From assembly GCA_902594815.1 (NCBI GenBank), contig CACJNL010000006.1, positions 349 to 64,348 of the forward strand: DNA of 64,000 bases. Direction: 5' to 3'. The notes beneath the pieces were generated by a model. It was not told the origin of the DNA and ran no database searches. It saw only the letters and a list, made by a program, of their open reading frames with translations. Position numbers and translations under genes: made by a program. Shown here piece after piece: positions 22,881-32,330 of this stretch; position 1 is the first letter of the stretch, and each line of letters starts with the position of its first letter. Source of the DNA: an uncultured Alphaproteobacteria bacterium (lineage in GTDB: Bacteria > Pseudomonadota > Alphaproteobacteria > HIMB59 > GCA-002718135).

Positions 22881-25622
22881 ATGAACAAACAAAATAGACT
22901 AATCTTAATTGATGGATCCGCATATATATTTAGAGCCTATTATGGTCTACCACCTATGAATAGACCAGACGGCACACCTATAAATGCAGTTTTTGGTTTT
23001 ACAAATATGTTAGTTAAGCTCATTGAGGATTATAGAGAAGATAGAATGATAGTGGTATTTGATGCCGCAAGAGAAAATTTTAGAAATGAAATATTTAAAG
23101 ATTACAAAGCAAATAGAGGTGAAACTCCAGAAGATTTAATCCCTCAATTTGAAATTATAAGAGAATGTGTTGATGCTTTTAATATCCCACAGATAGAAAT
23201 TGAGGGTTTTGAAGCTGACGATATAATTGCCACATATTGTGAGCTATCGCAAAAAGAAAAAATTCAAACTATAATAGTTTCTTCAGATAAAGATTTAATG
23301 CAATTAGTTAATAAGAATGTATCAATGCTTGATCCAATGAAGAATAAAAAAATTGGTATTGATCAAGTTGTTGAAAAATTTGGTCTACCACCTGAGAAGG
23401 TGATTCAAATACAAGCTTTAACGGGAGATAAAGTGGATAATATTCCTGGCGCACCTGGTATTGGACCAAAAACGGCATTAACACTTATTGAAGAATTTGG
23501 TGATGTTGAGTCTTTAATTAAAAACGCCATTAAAATTCCACAAGAGAAAAGAAGAAACGTAATACTTGATAATAAAAAGGAAATTTTAATCAGTCTTGAA
23601 TTAGTAAAATTAAAAAAAAATATTAATCTGCCTACAAAAATAAAAGATATTCAGCCTTATTCTTCAATTGACAAAAATCAAAAACTTTCAGAGTTTTTAT
23701 CAAATCAAGGTTTTAAAAGTATTGCAGAGAGGTTAAAAAATAATTCTTTTATAAACGCACTGCCAGAAAAAAAATCTGAAGAAAAAAAATTAAATAAAAA
23801 TTATCATTTAATCTCTTCTGCTGAAGAGCTAGATAAACTGAAAAGTGCCATAAAACAAAAAGGATTATGCGCCATAGATACTGAAACTAACTCTTTAAAT
23901 ATCGAGGATGCAGAACTTGTAGGGGTTTCGATAGCTATAAATGAGGATTCAGCTTACTATATTCCTATTAATCATAAAGATTTAAAAGATAATAAAATAA
24001 TAAAAGATCAAATTAAAGAAGCTATCTTAATTAAATTTATCAAACTAATATGTAATGACAAATCTATTCTAAAAATTGGACATAATATAAAATATGATCT
24101 TAGAATTTTAGATAAGTACGATATAAAATGTAACTCAATTGCCGATACAATGTTACTATCTTATGCAATCGACAATGGGGTAACGAAACATAATATGGAT
24201 GACCTAGCATATTTGCATCTAAATCATTCTAATATAAAATTTAAAGAGCTTGTTGGATCAGGCAAAAAAGAAATAACATTTGATTATGTTGAAATAAATA
24301 AAGCACTTGAGTATGCATCTGAAGATGCATTGGTTACACTAAAGCTTTATAATTTTTTAAATAAAAGAATTAAGGTTGAAAAAAATAACTTTGTGTATAA
24401 TGAAATAGATTTGCCATTAGTAAATACACTATCCCAAATTGAAAAAAATGGAATTAAAATAAATACAAATTATTTAAATGAACTTAGCAAAGAATTTGAA
24501 AAAGAGAGTTTAATTTTAGAAAATAAGATATTTAAATTAGCTGGTAAAGATTTTAATATAGGGTCACCTAAGCAACTTGGTGAAATTTTATTTATTGAAT
24601 TAAAGATTTCTGGAGGTAAAAAAACAAAATCAGGCACTTTTTCAACGGATGTCTCAACTTTATCTAATTTATCTGATCAAGGTTATGAAATTGCAAGTTT
24701 AATTTTAGAATGGAGAGAATTAACCAAGCTAAAATCTACCTACACTGACACTCTACAAAAACAGGCAACAAAACATCAATCTAGGGTGCACACATCTTAT
24801 GGTATAGCAAATACACTCACTGGAAGATTAAGCTCGAATGATCCAAATCTTCAAAACATCCCTATCCGAACAGCCAATGGAAGAAAAATTAGAAAAGCTT
24901 TTATTTCAGAAGTAAATAAAATTCTTATGAGTTTTGATTATTCGCAAATAGAATTGAGACTTGCTGCAGAAATTTCTGGTGATAAAAATTTTATCGAAGC
25001 TTTCAAGAACAATGAAGATATCCATAGCTCTACAGCATCACAAATATTTGGGGTTGATTCAACAAAACTTGACCCTGAAATGAGAAGAAAAGCAAAAGCA
25101 ATTAATTTTGGTATTTTATATGGAATAAGTCCCTATGGCTTGGCTAAACAGTTATCTGTAACTAATTCTGAGGCAAAAATTTACATTGAAAATTATTTTA
25201 AAAAATATCCAAATATAAAACAATATATGGTTTCTCAAATTGAGTTTGCAAAAACAAATCTTTATGTAGAGACTATGTTTGGAAGAAGATGTAATCTAAA
25301 AAACATAAATGATAAAAATTTTGCAGTAAGAGGATTTGCAGAAAGACAGGCTATTAATGCTCCTATTCAGGGTACTGCTGCTGATATAATTAAATTAGCC
25401 ATGATAGAGTTTGATAAAATTATTCGAAGCGGAGAGTTAAAAGCTAAAATGCTACTACAAGTTCATGATGAACTCATATTTGAGATTGAGGAAGCAGATA
25501 AGGATTCTTCAGTTGAAAAAATCAAATTTGTAATGGAAAATGTTCATTTACAATTTAAAGATTTTCAAGTTCCTTTATTAGTCGATTATGGTTTTGGAAA
25601 TAATTGGGGTGATGCCCATTAG
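22881..25622 (+). CDS. polA: DNA polymerase I
   Basis: 913 aa. 5' nuclease (LILIDGSAYIFRAYY), 3'-5' exonuclease, and polymerase motifs (DYSQIELR, QVHDEL). Confidence 0.95.
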   Translation: MNKQNRLILIDGSAYIFRAYYGLPPMNRPDGTPINAVFGFTNMLVKLIEDYREDRMIVVFDAARENFRNEIFKDYKANRGETPEDLIPQFEIIRECVDAFNIPQIEIEGFEADDIIATYCELSQKEKIQTIIVSSDKDLMQLVNKNVSMLDPMKNKKIGIDQVVEKFGLPPEKVIQIQALTGDKVDNIPGAPGIGPKTALTLIEEFGDVESLIKNAIKIPQEKRRNVILDNKKEILISLELVKLKKNINLPTKIKDIQPYSSIDKNQKLSEFLSNQGFKSIAERLKNNSFINALPEKKSEEKKLNKNYHLISSAEELDKLKSAIKQKGLCAIDTETNSLNIEDAELVGVSIAINEDSAYYIPINHKDLKDNKIIKDQIKEAILIKFIKLICNDKSILKIGHNIKYDLRILDKYDIKCNSIADTMLLSYAIDNGVTKHNMDDLAYLHLNHSNIKFKELVGSGKKEITFDYVEINKALEYASEDALVTLKLYNFLNKRIKVEKNNFVYNEIDLPLVNTLSQIEKNGIKINTNYLNELSKEFEKESLILENKIFKLAGKDFNIGSPKQLGEILFIELKISGGKKTKSGTFSTDVSTLSNLSDQGYEIASLILEWRELTKLKSTYTDTLQKQATKHQSRVHTSYGIANTLTGRLSSNDPNLQNIPIRTANGRKIRKAFISEVNKILMSFDYSQIELRLAAEISGDKNFIEAFKNNEDIHSSTASQIFGVDSTKLDPEMRRKAKAINFGILYGISPYGLAKQLSVTNSEAKIYIENYFKKYPNIKQYMVSQIEFAKTNLYVETMFGRRCNLKNINDKNFAVRGFAERQAINAPIQGTAADIIKLAMIEFDKIIRSGELKAKMLLQVHDELIFEIEEADKDSSVEKIKFVMENVHLQFKDFQVPLLVDYGFGNNWGDAH

Positions 25623-25858
25623 AAATCTTCCTCAAAAGAATTCATAGCAAGCCATTTTTCCAGTTCATGATATCCACCAATCTTTTCACCATTAATAATT
25701 ATTTGAGGAAAAGTTCTTGCATTGGGAAACTTTTCAAAAAAATCATCCCTAGTAAAGTCTTTGTCTAACATATGTATTTTGGGATTTTCATTAGCTAAGC
25801 GCATTTTTGCTTTGTCACAAAAAACACAGTTCGTTTTTGAATAAATTTCGACTTCCAT
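25619..25858 (-). CDS. glutaredoxin-like protein (CVFC active site), last gene of the RNR operon
   Basis: 79 aa with an IYSKTNCVFCDKAK redox motif and TFPQIIINGEKIGGY. 0-nt spacing after nrdB. Confidence 0.75.
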   Translation of the reverse strand: MEVEIYSKTNCVFCDKAKMRLANENPKIHMLDKDFTRDDFFEKFPNARTFPQIIINGEKIGGYHELEKWLAMNSFEEDF

Positions 25859-26848
25859 CTAAAAAGCATCATCAAAGCTGAGCGCTCTATCAGTCGGTCT
25901 TTGATATTCAGAAACTCTTTTTTCAAAGAAATTTGTTACATTTTGAACATCTAAGGCACGCATGAAATCAAATGGATTTTCAGTATTAAATACTCTCTCG
26001 AATTCAAATAAATCTGCTATTCTGTCAGCAACTGCCTCAATATATTGACACATTAGATCTTGATTCATTCCAATTAAATCAACTGGAAGAGCATCTCTCA
26101 CAAATTCTTTTTCAAATGAAACTGCTTCTCTTACAATTTCTTCAAACTGAGATTGCGGAACATCATTTGGTATTAATGATAGGTCTGACACATCAGCATC
26201 TGTGAGTTTGTTATTATTAAACTTATCTCTCAGTGTCTTAAACATTAGTGCTGAGAAGCTAAAGTGCATTCCTTCATCTCTTGCAATCCAATCGTTTGAA
26301 AGAGCTAATCCTGGTAATAGACCTCTTTTTCTAAAGTAATAGATTGCACAAAATGAACCAGCAAAAAATAGTCCTTCAACAAGACCAAAGCCTATTAGTC
26401 TTGTTAATAAATTTTGATTTCCATTTAACCATTTTGAAACCCATTGCGCTTTATGATTAATACAAGGCACATTTTGAATTGCATCAAAAAGTAAATCTTT
26501 TTCTTTTTGGTCTTTGACATAAGCTTCTATTTGCAAACCATACATTTCAGCATGAATAGACTCATTAAGCATCTGCATTGAGATAAAACATCTAGCCTCT
26601 GGAATTAAAATTTCTTTGTAAAATCTACTAGCTAGATTTTCATTTATCATTGCCTCCGAATTAGCAAAGTAAGCAAGAACATGCTTTATAAAATGTTTTT
26701 CTCCATCATTTAAAGTCTCAAGATCTCTCAAGTCATCGTGAAGTGAAACTTCTTCTGGCGTCCAAAATGCTTGGATATGTAGTTTATACTTATCCCAAAT
26801 ATCTTGATGTTTTATTGGAAAGATTGATTTTACTCCTTTTGATATCAT
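25859..26848 (-). CDS. nrdB: ribonucleotide reductase class I small (radical-generating) subunit, eukaryote-like
   Basis: Colinear with eukaryotic R2: FPIKHQDIWDKYK, NESIHAEMY, VEGLFFAGSF, RDEGMH, C-terminal NPFDFM...FFEKRVSEYQ. Confidence 0.92.
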   Translation of the reverse strand: MISKGVKSIFPIKHQDIWDKYKLHIQAFWTPEEVSLHDDLRDLETLNDGEKHFIKHVLAYFANSEAMINENLASRFYKEILIPEARCFISMQMLNESIHAEMYGLQIEAYVKDQKEKDLLFDAIQNVPCINHKAQWVSKWLNGNQNLLTRLIGFGLVEGLFFAGSFCAIYYFRKRGLLPGLALSNDWIARDEGMHFSFSALMFKTLRDKFNNNKLTDADVSDLSLIPNDVPQSQFEEIVREAVSFEKEFVRDALPVDLIGMNQDLMCQYIEAVADRIADLFEFERVFNTENPFDFMRALDVQNVTNFFEKRVSEYQRPTDRALSFDDAF

Positions 26849-26861
26849 TATTTACACTCCT

Positions 26862-29618
26862 CTAAGCACTACAAGTTAAACATTCTTCTGGTTCATTATT
26901 ATTTATCTGAGTTTTTACAAAATCTTCTTTAGCTGCTCTCTCAGAAGATACCGTTACTTTAACAGCATCAACAGCGGATCTACTTCTCAAATAGTACATT
27001 CCAGTTTTTAAACCTTTTTTCCAAGCATACATATGCATTGAATTTACCTTTCCAAAAGTTGGTGTTGATAACCACAAGTTCATGGATTGGGTTTGATCAA
27101 TAAATGGCGCTCTATCAGCTGCCATATCAATAACAGTTTTCTGTGAAGTCTCCCAAACTGTTTTATATATTTCTTTTAAATCCGTGGGGAAATTAGATAT
27201 GTTTTGAACTGAACCATTTTCTAATATAATTTTATCACGCATTTCTTTATCCCACAGATTTCTTTTTGTTAGAGCTTTTACTAGATGTCTATTAACTAAT
27301 AAAAACTCTCCAGACAAAGTCTGTCTTTTATATATGTTAGAAGTTTGAATTTGGAATGTTTCAGTGTTACCTAAAATTATACCGGTAGAAGCAGTTGGCA
27401 TACAAGCTGTTGTAAGAGAGTTTCTTACACCATCTTTTTTTATTTTTTCTCTAAGTGTTTCCCAGTCCCACATATCAGACGGTTTTGCATTCCACAAATC
27501 GAATTGAAATTTACCTTCAGATAATGGCGATCCTTTAAAAGTTGAATATACACCTTTTTCTTTAGCAAGTTCATGAGATGCCTCAAGTGCTCCAAAATAT
27601 ATTGTTTCAAATATTAGCTTGTTTATATTTTTAGCCTCTTCACTGTCGTATGCTATATCAAGCTCAAAAAAAACATCAGCAAGACCTTGTATACCAAGTC
27701 CTATGGGTCTGTGTTTGCTATTTGATGTTTCGGTTTTTTCTGTTGGATAGAAGTTTATATCAATTACCTCATCCAAGTTTTTTGTTGCTAACTTAGCAGT
27801 TTTATAAAGAGCTTGATAATCATATTCTTTACTTTTTATATTTTTTGATTTTTTAACAAATTTTGGGAGAGCTATAGATGCGAGATTACATACAGATGTT
27901 TCTGATTTATCAGAAAACTCAACTATTTCTGCGCATAAATTTGAAGACTTAATTACGCCTATATTTTTTTGGTTTGATTTGTTGTTTATGGAATCTTTGT
28001 AGAGCATGTAAGGTTGCCCAGTTTCAATTTGTGCCTCGATGATTTTAGACATTAGATCTCTTGCTTTTATCTTTTCTAAATTTGGCACTTCTTTTTCATA
28101 TTTTTCATATAAGGCCACAAAGTCATCACCAAACGTATCAGATAGACCAGGGCATTCGTGTTCACTCATTAATGTCCAATCTCCATCTTCTTCGACTCTT
28201 TTCATAAATAAATCAGGAATCCAAAGAGCGTAAAACAAATCTCTTGCTCTAAACTCCTCAGCTCCAGTATTTTTCCTTAATTCTAAAAATTGCTCAATAT
28301 CTGCATGCCATGGCTCCAAATATACGGCGAATGACCCTTTTCTTTTTCCTCCACCTTGATCAACGGATTTAGCAGTTTCATTAAATATTTTTAAAAAAGG
28401 AATTAGGCCATTAGATTTTCCATTTGTAGATTTTATTCTACTGCCGCTTCCTCTGATATTATGTGCATGCATACCAATTCCACCAGCTGTTTTTGAAATT
28501 AGAGCACAATCTTTAATTGTGTTAAAAATGCCTTCAATAGAATCATCCTCCATACCAATTAAAAAGCATGAAGATAATTGCTGCATTTTAAGACCACTGT
28601 TGAACAAGGTAGGTGTTGCGTGCGTGTAATAGCCATTAGAGAGACTATCGTATGTTTCTTTTACTTTATCAAAGTTAAAGGCGTCTCCTGCAACTGTTAG
28701 GGCAACCCTCATCCATAAATCCTGCGGGCGCTCTATAGTTTTATTTTCAAATTTTAATAGGTAGGCTCTTGTTAGAGTTGTAAATGCAAAATAATCAAAA
28801 TTATAATCTCTATCGTAGTCAATGATAGACTCTATATCTTCAGCACTTGCCATAACTTTGTTGTAATAATCTTCTCTTAGTAAGCCATCATCATACAGAT
28901 TTTTTGTTGCAATTATAAAACCAGGAGTATCTTTATGAAGTGAGTTTGCTTTAATTCTTGCTGCTAAGTAAGAATAGTCAGGATGCTCAACAGTTAAAGA
29001 AGCTGCTGTTTCGGCAAGATACGTGTCAATTTCTGTGGATGTAATTTCATTGTAAAGTCCTGGTACTGCTTTTTGCACAACAACAATTGGATCTATATTC
29101 AATCCAGTAGATAAAACTGAAACTCTGTTAGTAATTTTATCTAGAGATATAGGTTCTTTATCTCCATTTCTTTTTGTTACTGCCATTGAGGATGCTTTAG
29201 CCCCTACCTGCTCTTTTAGTTTTTTGGTATGGTACCTAGAAGCAGCTCTTTGTTCTCTATAAAGAACATAGGCTCTTGCTACTTTGTGATGTTCATCTCT
29301 CATTAAAGCTAATTCAACTTGATCCTGAATATCTTCAATATGAATCATGTCTCCATCAGCTATTCTTCTTGTGAGAGCGGATACAACCTTATGTGTTAAT
29401 TCTTCGACTGTTTTGTGGATACTTTCTTCTTGTTCTTTATCTTTATCTTTATTATTTCTAATTTTTGTTTGAGCTAAAAAAGCTTTTTTTATTGCATCTG
29501 ATATTTTATCAGATTTAAATGAACTAATTGAGCCGTCTCTTCTAACTACATTGAGACTTAATAGATTTACACTTTTTTCATTCTCTTTTTTTTGTGATAC
29601 CTGTGGGTTGTCTGCCAT
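26862..29618 (-). CDS. nrdA: ribonucleotide reductase class I large subunit with two N-terminal ATP-cones
   Basis: 918 aa. Two V-x-(K/R)-R-x-G...DKI cone starts (residues ~24 and ~147), a catalytic core (SSCFL, NLCAEI) and a C-terminal CLTC redox pair. Confidence 0.92.
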   Translation of the reverse strand: MADNPQVSQKKENEKSVNLLSLNVVRRDGSISSFKSDKISDAIKKAFLAQTKIRNNKDKDKEQEESIHKTVEELTHKVVSALTRRIADGDMIHIEDIQDQVELALMRDEHHKVARAYVLYREQRAASRYHTKKLKEQVGAKASSMAVTKRNGDKEPISLDKITNRVSVLSTGLNIDPIVVVQKAVPGLYNEITSTEIDTYLAETAASLTVEHPDYSYLAARIKANSLHKDTPGFIIATKNLYDDGLLREDYYNKVMASAEDIESIIDYDRDYNFDYFAFTTLTRAYLLKFENKTIERPQDLWMRVALTVAGDAFNFDKVKETYDSLSNGYYTHATPTLFNSGLKMQQLSSCFLIGMEDDSIEGIFNTIKDCALISKTAGGIGMHAHNIRGSGSRIKSTNGKSNGLIPFLKIFNETAKSVDQGGGKRKGSFAVYLEPWHADIEQFLELRKNTGAEEFRARDLFYALWIPDLFMKRVEEDGDWTLMSEHECPGLSDTFGDDFVALYEKYEKEVPNLEKIKARDLMSKIIEAQIETGQPYMLYKDSINNKSNQKNIGVIKSSNLCAEIVEFSDKSETSVCNLASIALPKFVKKSKNIKSKEYDYQALYKTAKLATKNLDEVIDINFYPTEKTETSNSKHRPIGLGIQGLADVFFELDIAYDSEEAKNINKLIFETIYFGALEASHELAKEKGVYSTFKGSPLSEGKFQFDLWNAKPSDMWDWETLREKIKKDGVRNSLTTACMPTASTGIILGNTETFQIQTSNIYKRQTLSGEFLLVNRHLVKALTKRNLWDKEMRDKIILENGSVQNISNFPTDLKEIYKTVWETSQKTVIDMAADRAPFIDQTQSMNLWLSTPTFGKVNSMHMYAWKKGLKTGMYYLRSRSAVDAVKVTVSSERAAKEDFVKTQINNNEPEECLTCSA

Positions 29619-29656
29619 TTATATTTTATCCATTTTTAAAATTTTATTGTCGAAAA

Positions 29657-29672
29657 ACACAATATGTAGTGT
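29657..29672 (-). promoter_or_regulatory. candidate NrdR box upstream of nrdA
   Basis: ACACAATATGTAGTGT matches the remembered NrdR consensus ACACwATATATwGTGT at 15/16 positions. It lies 39-54 nt upstream of the nrdA start. A weaker second box sits 31 bp away (29688-29703). Confidence 0.5.
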
Positions 29673-29907
29673 CGCCGTATTTCGACAATACAATATTTGG
29701 TCAATATCGCAATAAGAACAAAACATGAACATTAATATATTTTATGCCCATGTCAAACCTATATTTAAGTGAAAATAAATTTTATCAAACAAGTAATTGA
29801 AATTAATGTGTTTAGTTATTAACCTTAGTCACATATTATTAGATTTGATTGTAAATTTATTTTAAATTTAAACTTATATTTGCCACAAAATCTAGGTAAA
29901 AATTATT

Positions 29908-30624
29908 ATGCCAACAATTGCACTAGTTGATGATGAAAACTCGATTCGAACTTCTGTTTCATTAGCCCTTGAAACCGATGGTTTTCAAGTTGATGTTTTT
30001 AATAATGGTGTTGAGGCTCTGGAAGCGCTAGAGAGTAAACATTATGACTTAGGGCTTTTTGATATTAAAATGCCAAAAATGGATGGTAACGAACTTTTAT
30101 CTAAGGTCAGAAATAGTAAAATTGAAACTCTTAAAAACATGCCTGTTATTTTTCTTACCTCTAAGGATCAAGAACAAGATGAAATTATTGGTCTGAGAAT
30201 GGGAGCTGCAGATTATATTACAAAACCTTTTTCACAAAAACTTTTGAATGAAAGAATTAGAACTGTGTTGAGAGTATATCAAAATAGAAACGCAGACACC
30301 ACTTATACTGAAGATAAAACTAATCAAACCCTTACTAAAGGTGATCTAGAATTAGATGATTTAAAGCAATTGTGTTTTTGGAAAAATCAAATAATCGAAC
30401 TTACTGTTGCAGAGTTTAATTTAATTAAATCACTTGCGAAATATCCTGGTGTTGTCAAAGATAGGAATCAACTAATGGATGCTATGTATGGAGATAGCAT
30501 TTATGTTGATGACAGAACAATAGATAGTCATATTAAAAGACTAAGAAAAAAATTTAAAACATTCGACTCTTCTTTTGATCAAATCCGCACAAGGTATGGG
30601 TCAGGTTACTCATGGCGTGAATAA
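29908..30624 (+). CDS. chvI: OmpR-family response regulator, ChvI-like
   Basis: TIALVDDENSIRTSVSLALE...FDIKMPKMDGNELL...VIFLTSKDQEQDEIIGLRMGAADYITKPFSQKLL parallels ChvI. Winged-helix C-terminus. Confidence 0.7.
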   Translation: MPTIALVDDENSIRTSVSLALETDGFQVDVFNNGVEALEALESKHYDLGLFDIKMPKMDGNELLSKVRNSKIETLKNMPVIFLTSKDQEQDEIIGLRMGAADYITKPFSQKLLNERIRTVLRVYQNRNADTTYTEDKTNQTLTKGDLELDDLKQLCFWKNQIIELTVAEFNLIKSLAKYPGVVKDRNQLMDAMYGDSIYVDDRTIDSHIKRLRKKFKTFDSSFDQIRTRYGSGYSWRE

Positions 30625-32290
30625 ATTCAGTAAATTAGCTTTATACAATTTACCTTTATCAATACAAATCTTATCAATAAATGTTTTCATTACCTTTGTT
30701 GGTTTTGTTTTTTTAATTTTCTTTAATTATTTCCTCATAGTAAATGATGATGAATTAAAAAATATAAGAATTGATGCAAACAAGCAATTAGTCAGTATCC
30801 AATCTTTTCTCGAAAAAAATTCAATAATAAGAGTACCTTTGTTTAATGATAATTGTATAGGTGAAGCTCTGGACACTTGTGAAAAGGAAGATGAGTTTGA
30901 GTTATCTGATCCAGTTTTAGAGCCTAAAATAACTCAAGAATTTATTCGTAATAAATACTCAGACTCTGAATTTAATATAAAAGTTTATAACGAAGATTGG
31001 ATAAGGTTAGTCGATACTTTAGATTTGTATGACTCGTCAACAGTTCAAGAGTCAGATCTTTTAGAAGGCGAATTGACTACAAATAATTTAAATATGTTAG
31101 AGTATTTTAGTCAAAGTTATCTAAATTTTTTTTTAAATTACAACGATTATTTAGTTAAAAGAAAGTTCTCAGAATTAATTACAAAAGAAAAGTCAGAAAT
31201 TTCTTATGTTGCTGAAAGTATTAAAGAACAAGTGGTAAAACAGTATTATATTGAGGATGACAGTCAAAATATACTTCAATTAATAACTGCACCAATTAAA
31301 AGCAATAATAAAGTTTTTGGTGTAATAATATTAAACTATCCAATTACTAATCAAGTAAATGATTTAGGATATGTCTCTCTTAATTTATTTCGTTTCTTTA
31401 TATTATTTGTAATTATAATGATTTTAATGTCATTTATATTTTCTCAAAGTTTAGTAAGTCCAATAAAAAGATTGTCAAAATTAGCGATTCTAGAAAGAGA
31501 AAGGGTGAGTAAAAAAAGAATAGTTTATCCGAACAGAAAAGATGAAATAGGTGTTCTCTCAAAAGAAATTCAAAATATGTCTGCGGGATTAAAGTTGCAA
31601 ATTCAACAACTAGAAAAATTTAGTGCTGATGTATCTCATGAATTAAAAAATCCTCTTACAAGTCTTCAATCAGCTATGGAATTAATTGATAAAGAAACAG
31701 TTAGCAGCGAGAATAAGCAAAAACTCTATAAAAATATTCTTAATGACATAAAAAGAATGAATCAGTTAATATCTGATATATCAAAATTTACACGCCTAAA
31801 AGCAGAAATAGAATTGGAAAAAAATCAATTTATTGATTTAAATTTGTTTCTTGATGAATTACCCAGCATGTTTGCAAATAATCAGAAAGAAATTGAATTG
31901 ATAGTTAACCAATGTGAAGAAAATATAGAGTTACTAGGCAATAAAAATAAATTAATTCAGGTATTTGTAAATTTAATCGAAAACAGTATTTCTTTCTCTC
32001 CTGAACAATCTAAAATTCTCATTGAGGTTAAAAAAATAAATAAAAAAATGATTACTATTAAAATTTACGACCAAGGTATGGGCATTGAAAAAAATGACTC
32101 TGAGAAGGTATTTGATAGATTTTATACTGACAGACATGAAAACTATAAAAATCATACAGGTCTAGGCTTGTCTATTGCTAGAGAAATTATCACACATATG
32201 GATGGCAAACTTCAGCTGGATAAATCAGATAAAAGTGACTACTCTGGTGCTTGTTTTTTGATTATTTTACCTATAAGACAATCTTCATAA
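30596..32290 (+). CDS. chvG: sensor histidine kinase, ChvG/ExoS-like (start uncertain: ATG 30596 or GTG 30617)
   Basis: Two TM segments flank a ~200-aa periplasmic region, followed by HAMP, H-box [14 protein letters not shown] and an ATPase domain (GLGLSIA). Overlaps the chvI stop. Confidence 0.7.
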   Translation: MGQVTHGVNKFSKLALYNLPLSIQILSINVFITFVGFVFLIFFNYFLIVNDDELKNIRIDANKQLVSIQSFLEKNSIIRVPLFNDNCIGEALDTCEKEDEFELSDPVLEPKITQEFIRNKYSDSEFNIKVYNEDWIRLVDTLDLYDSSTVQESDLLEGELTTNNLNMLEYFSQSYLNFFLNYNDYLVKRKFSELITKEKSEISYVAESIKEQVVKQYYIEDDSQNILQLITAPIKSNNKVFGVIILNYPITNQVNDLGYVSLNLFRFFILFVIIMILMSFIFSQSLVSPIKRLSKLAILERERVSKKRIVYPNRKDEIGVLSKEIQNMSAGLKLQIQQLEKFSADVSHELKNPLTSLQSAMELIDKETVSSENKQKLYKNILNDIKRMNQLISDISKFTRLKAEIELEKNQFIDLNLFLDELPSMFANNQKEIELIVNQCEENIELLGNKNKLIQVFVNLIENSISFSPEQSKILIEVKKINKKMITIKIYDQGMGIEKNDSEKVFDRFYTDRHENYKNHTGLGLSIAREIITHMDGKLQLDKSDKSDYSGACFLIILPIRQSS

Positions 32291-32330
32291 GAGAATTATA
32301 ATCACAACTACCAATTATATAGGGAAGAAA

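Noticed and set aside
29725-29772. 15-codon ORF (MNINIFYAHVKPIFK) in the nrdA/chvI spacer.
   Set aside because: No ribosome-binding site, no conservation evidence available, and a length within chance expectation for AT-rich sequence.
32291-32330. Possible SAH or SAM riboswitch ahead of ahcY-metK.
   Set aside because: Only 40 nt are available upstream of ahcY and 9 nt upstream of metK. That is far too short for any known SAM or SAH aptamer, and no conserved aptamer core is visible.
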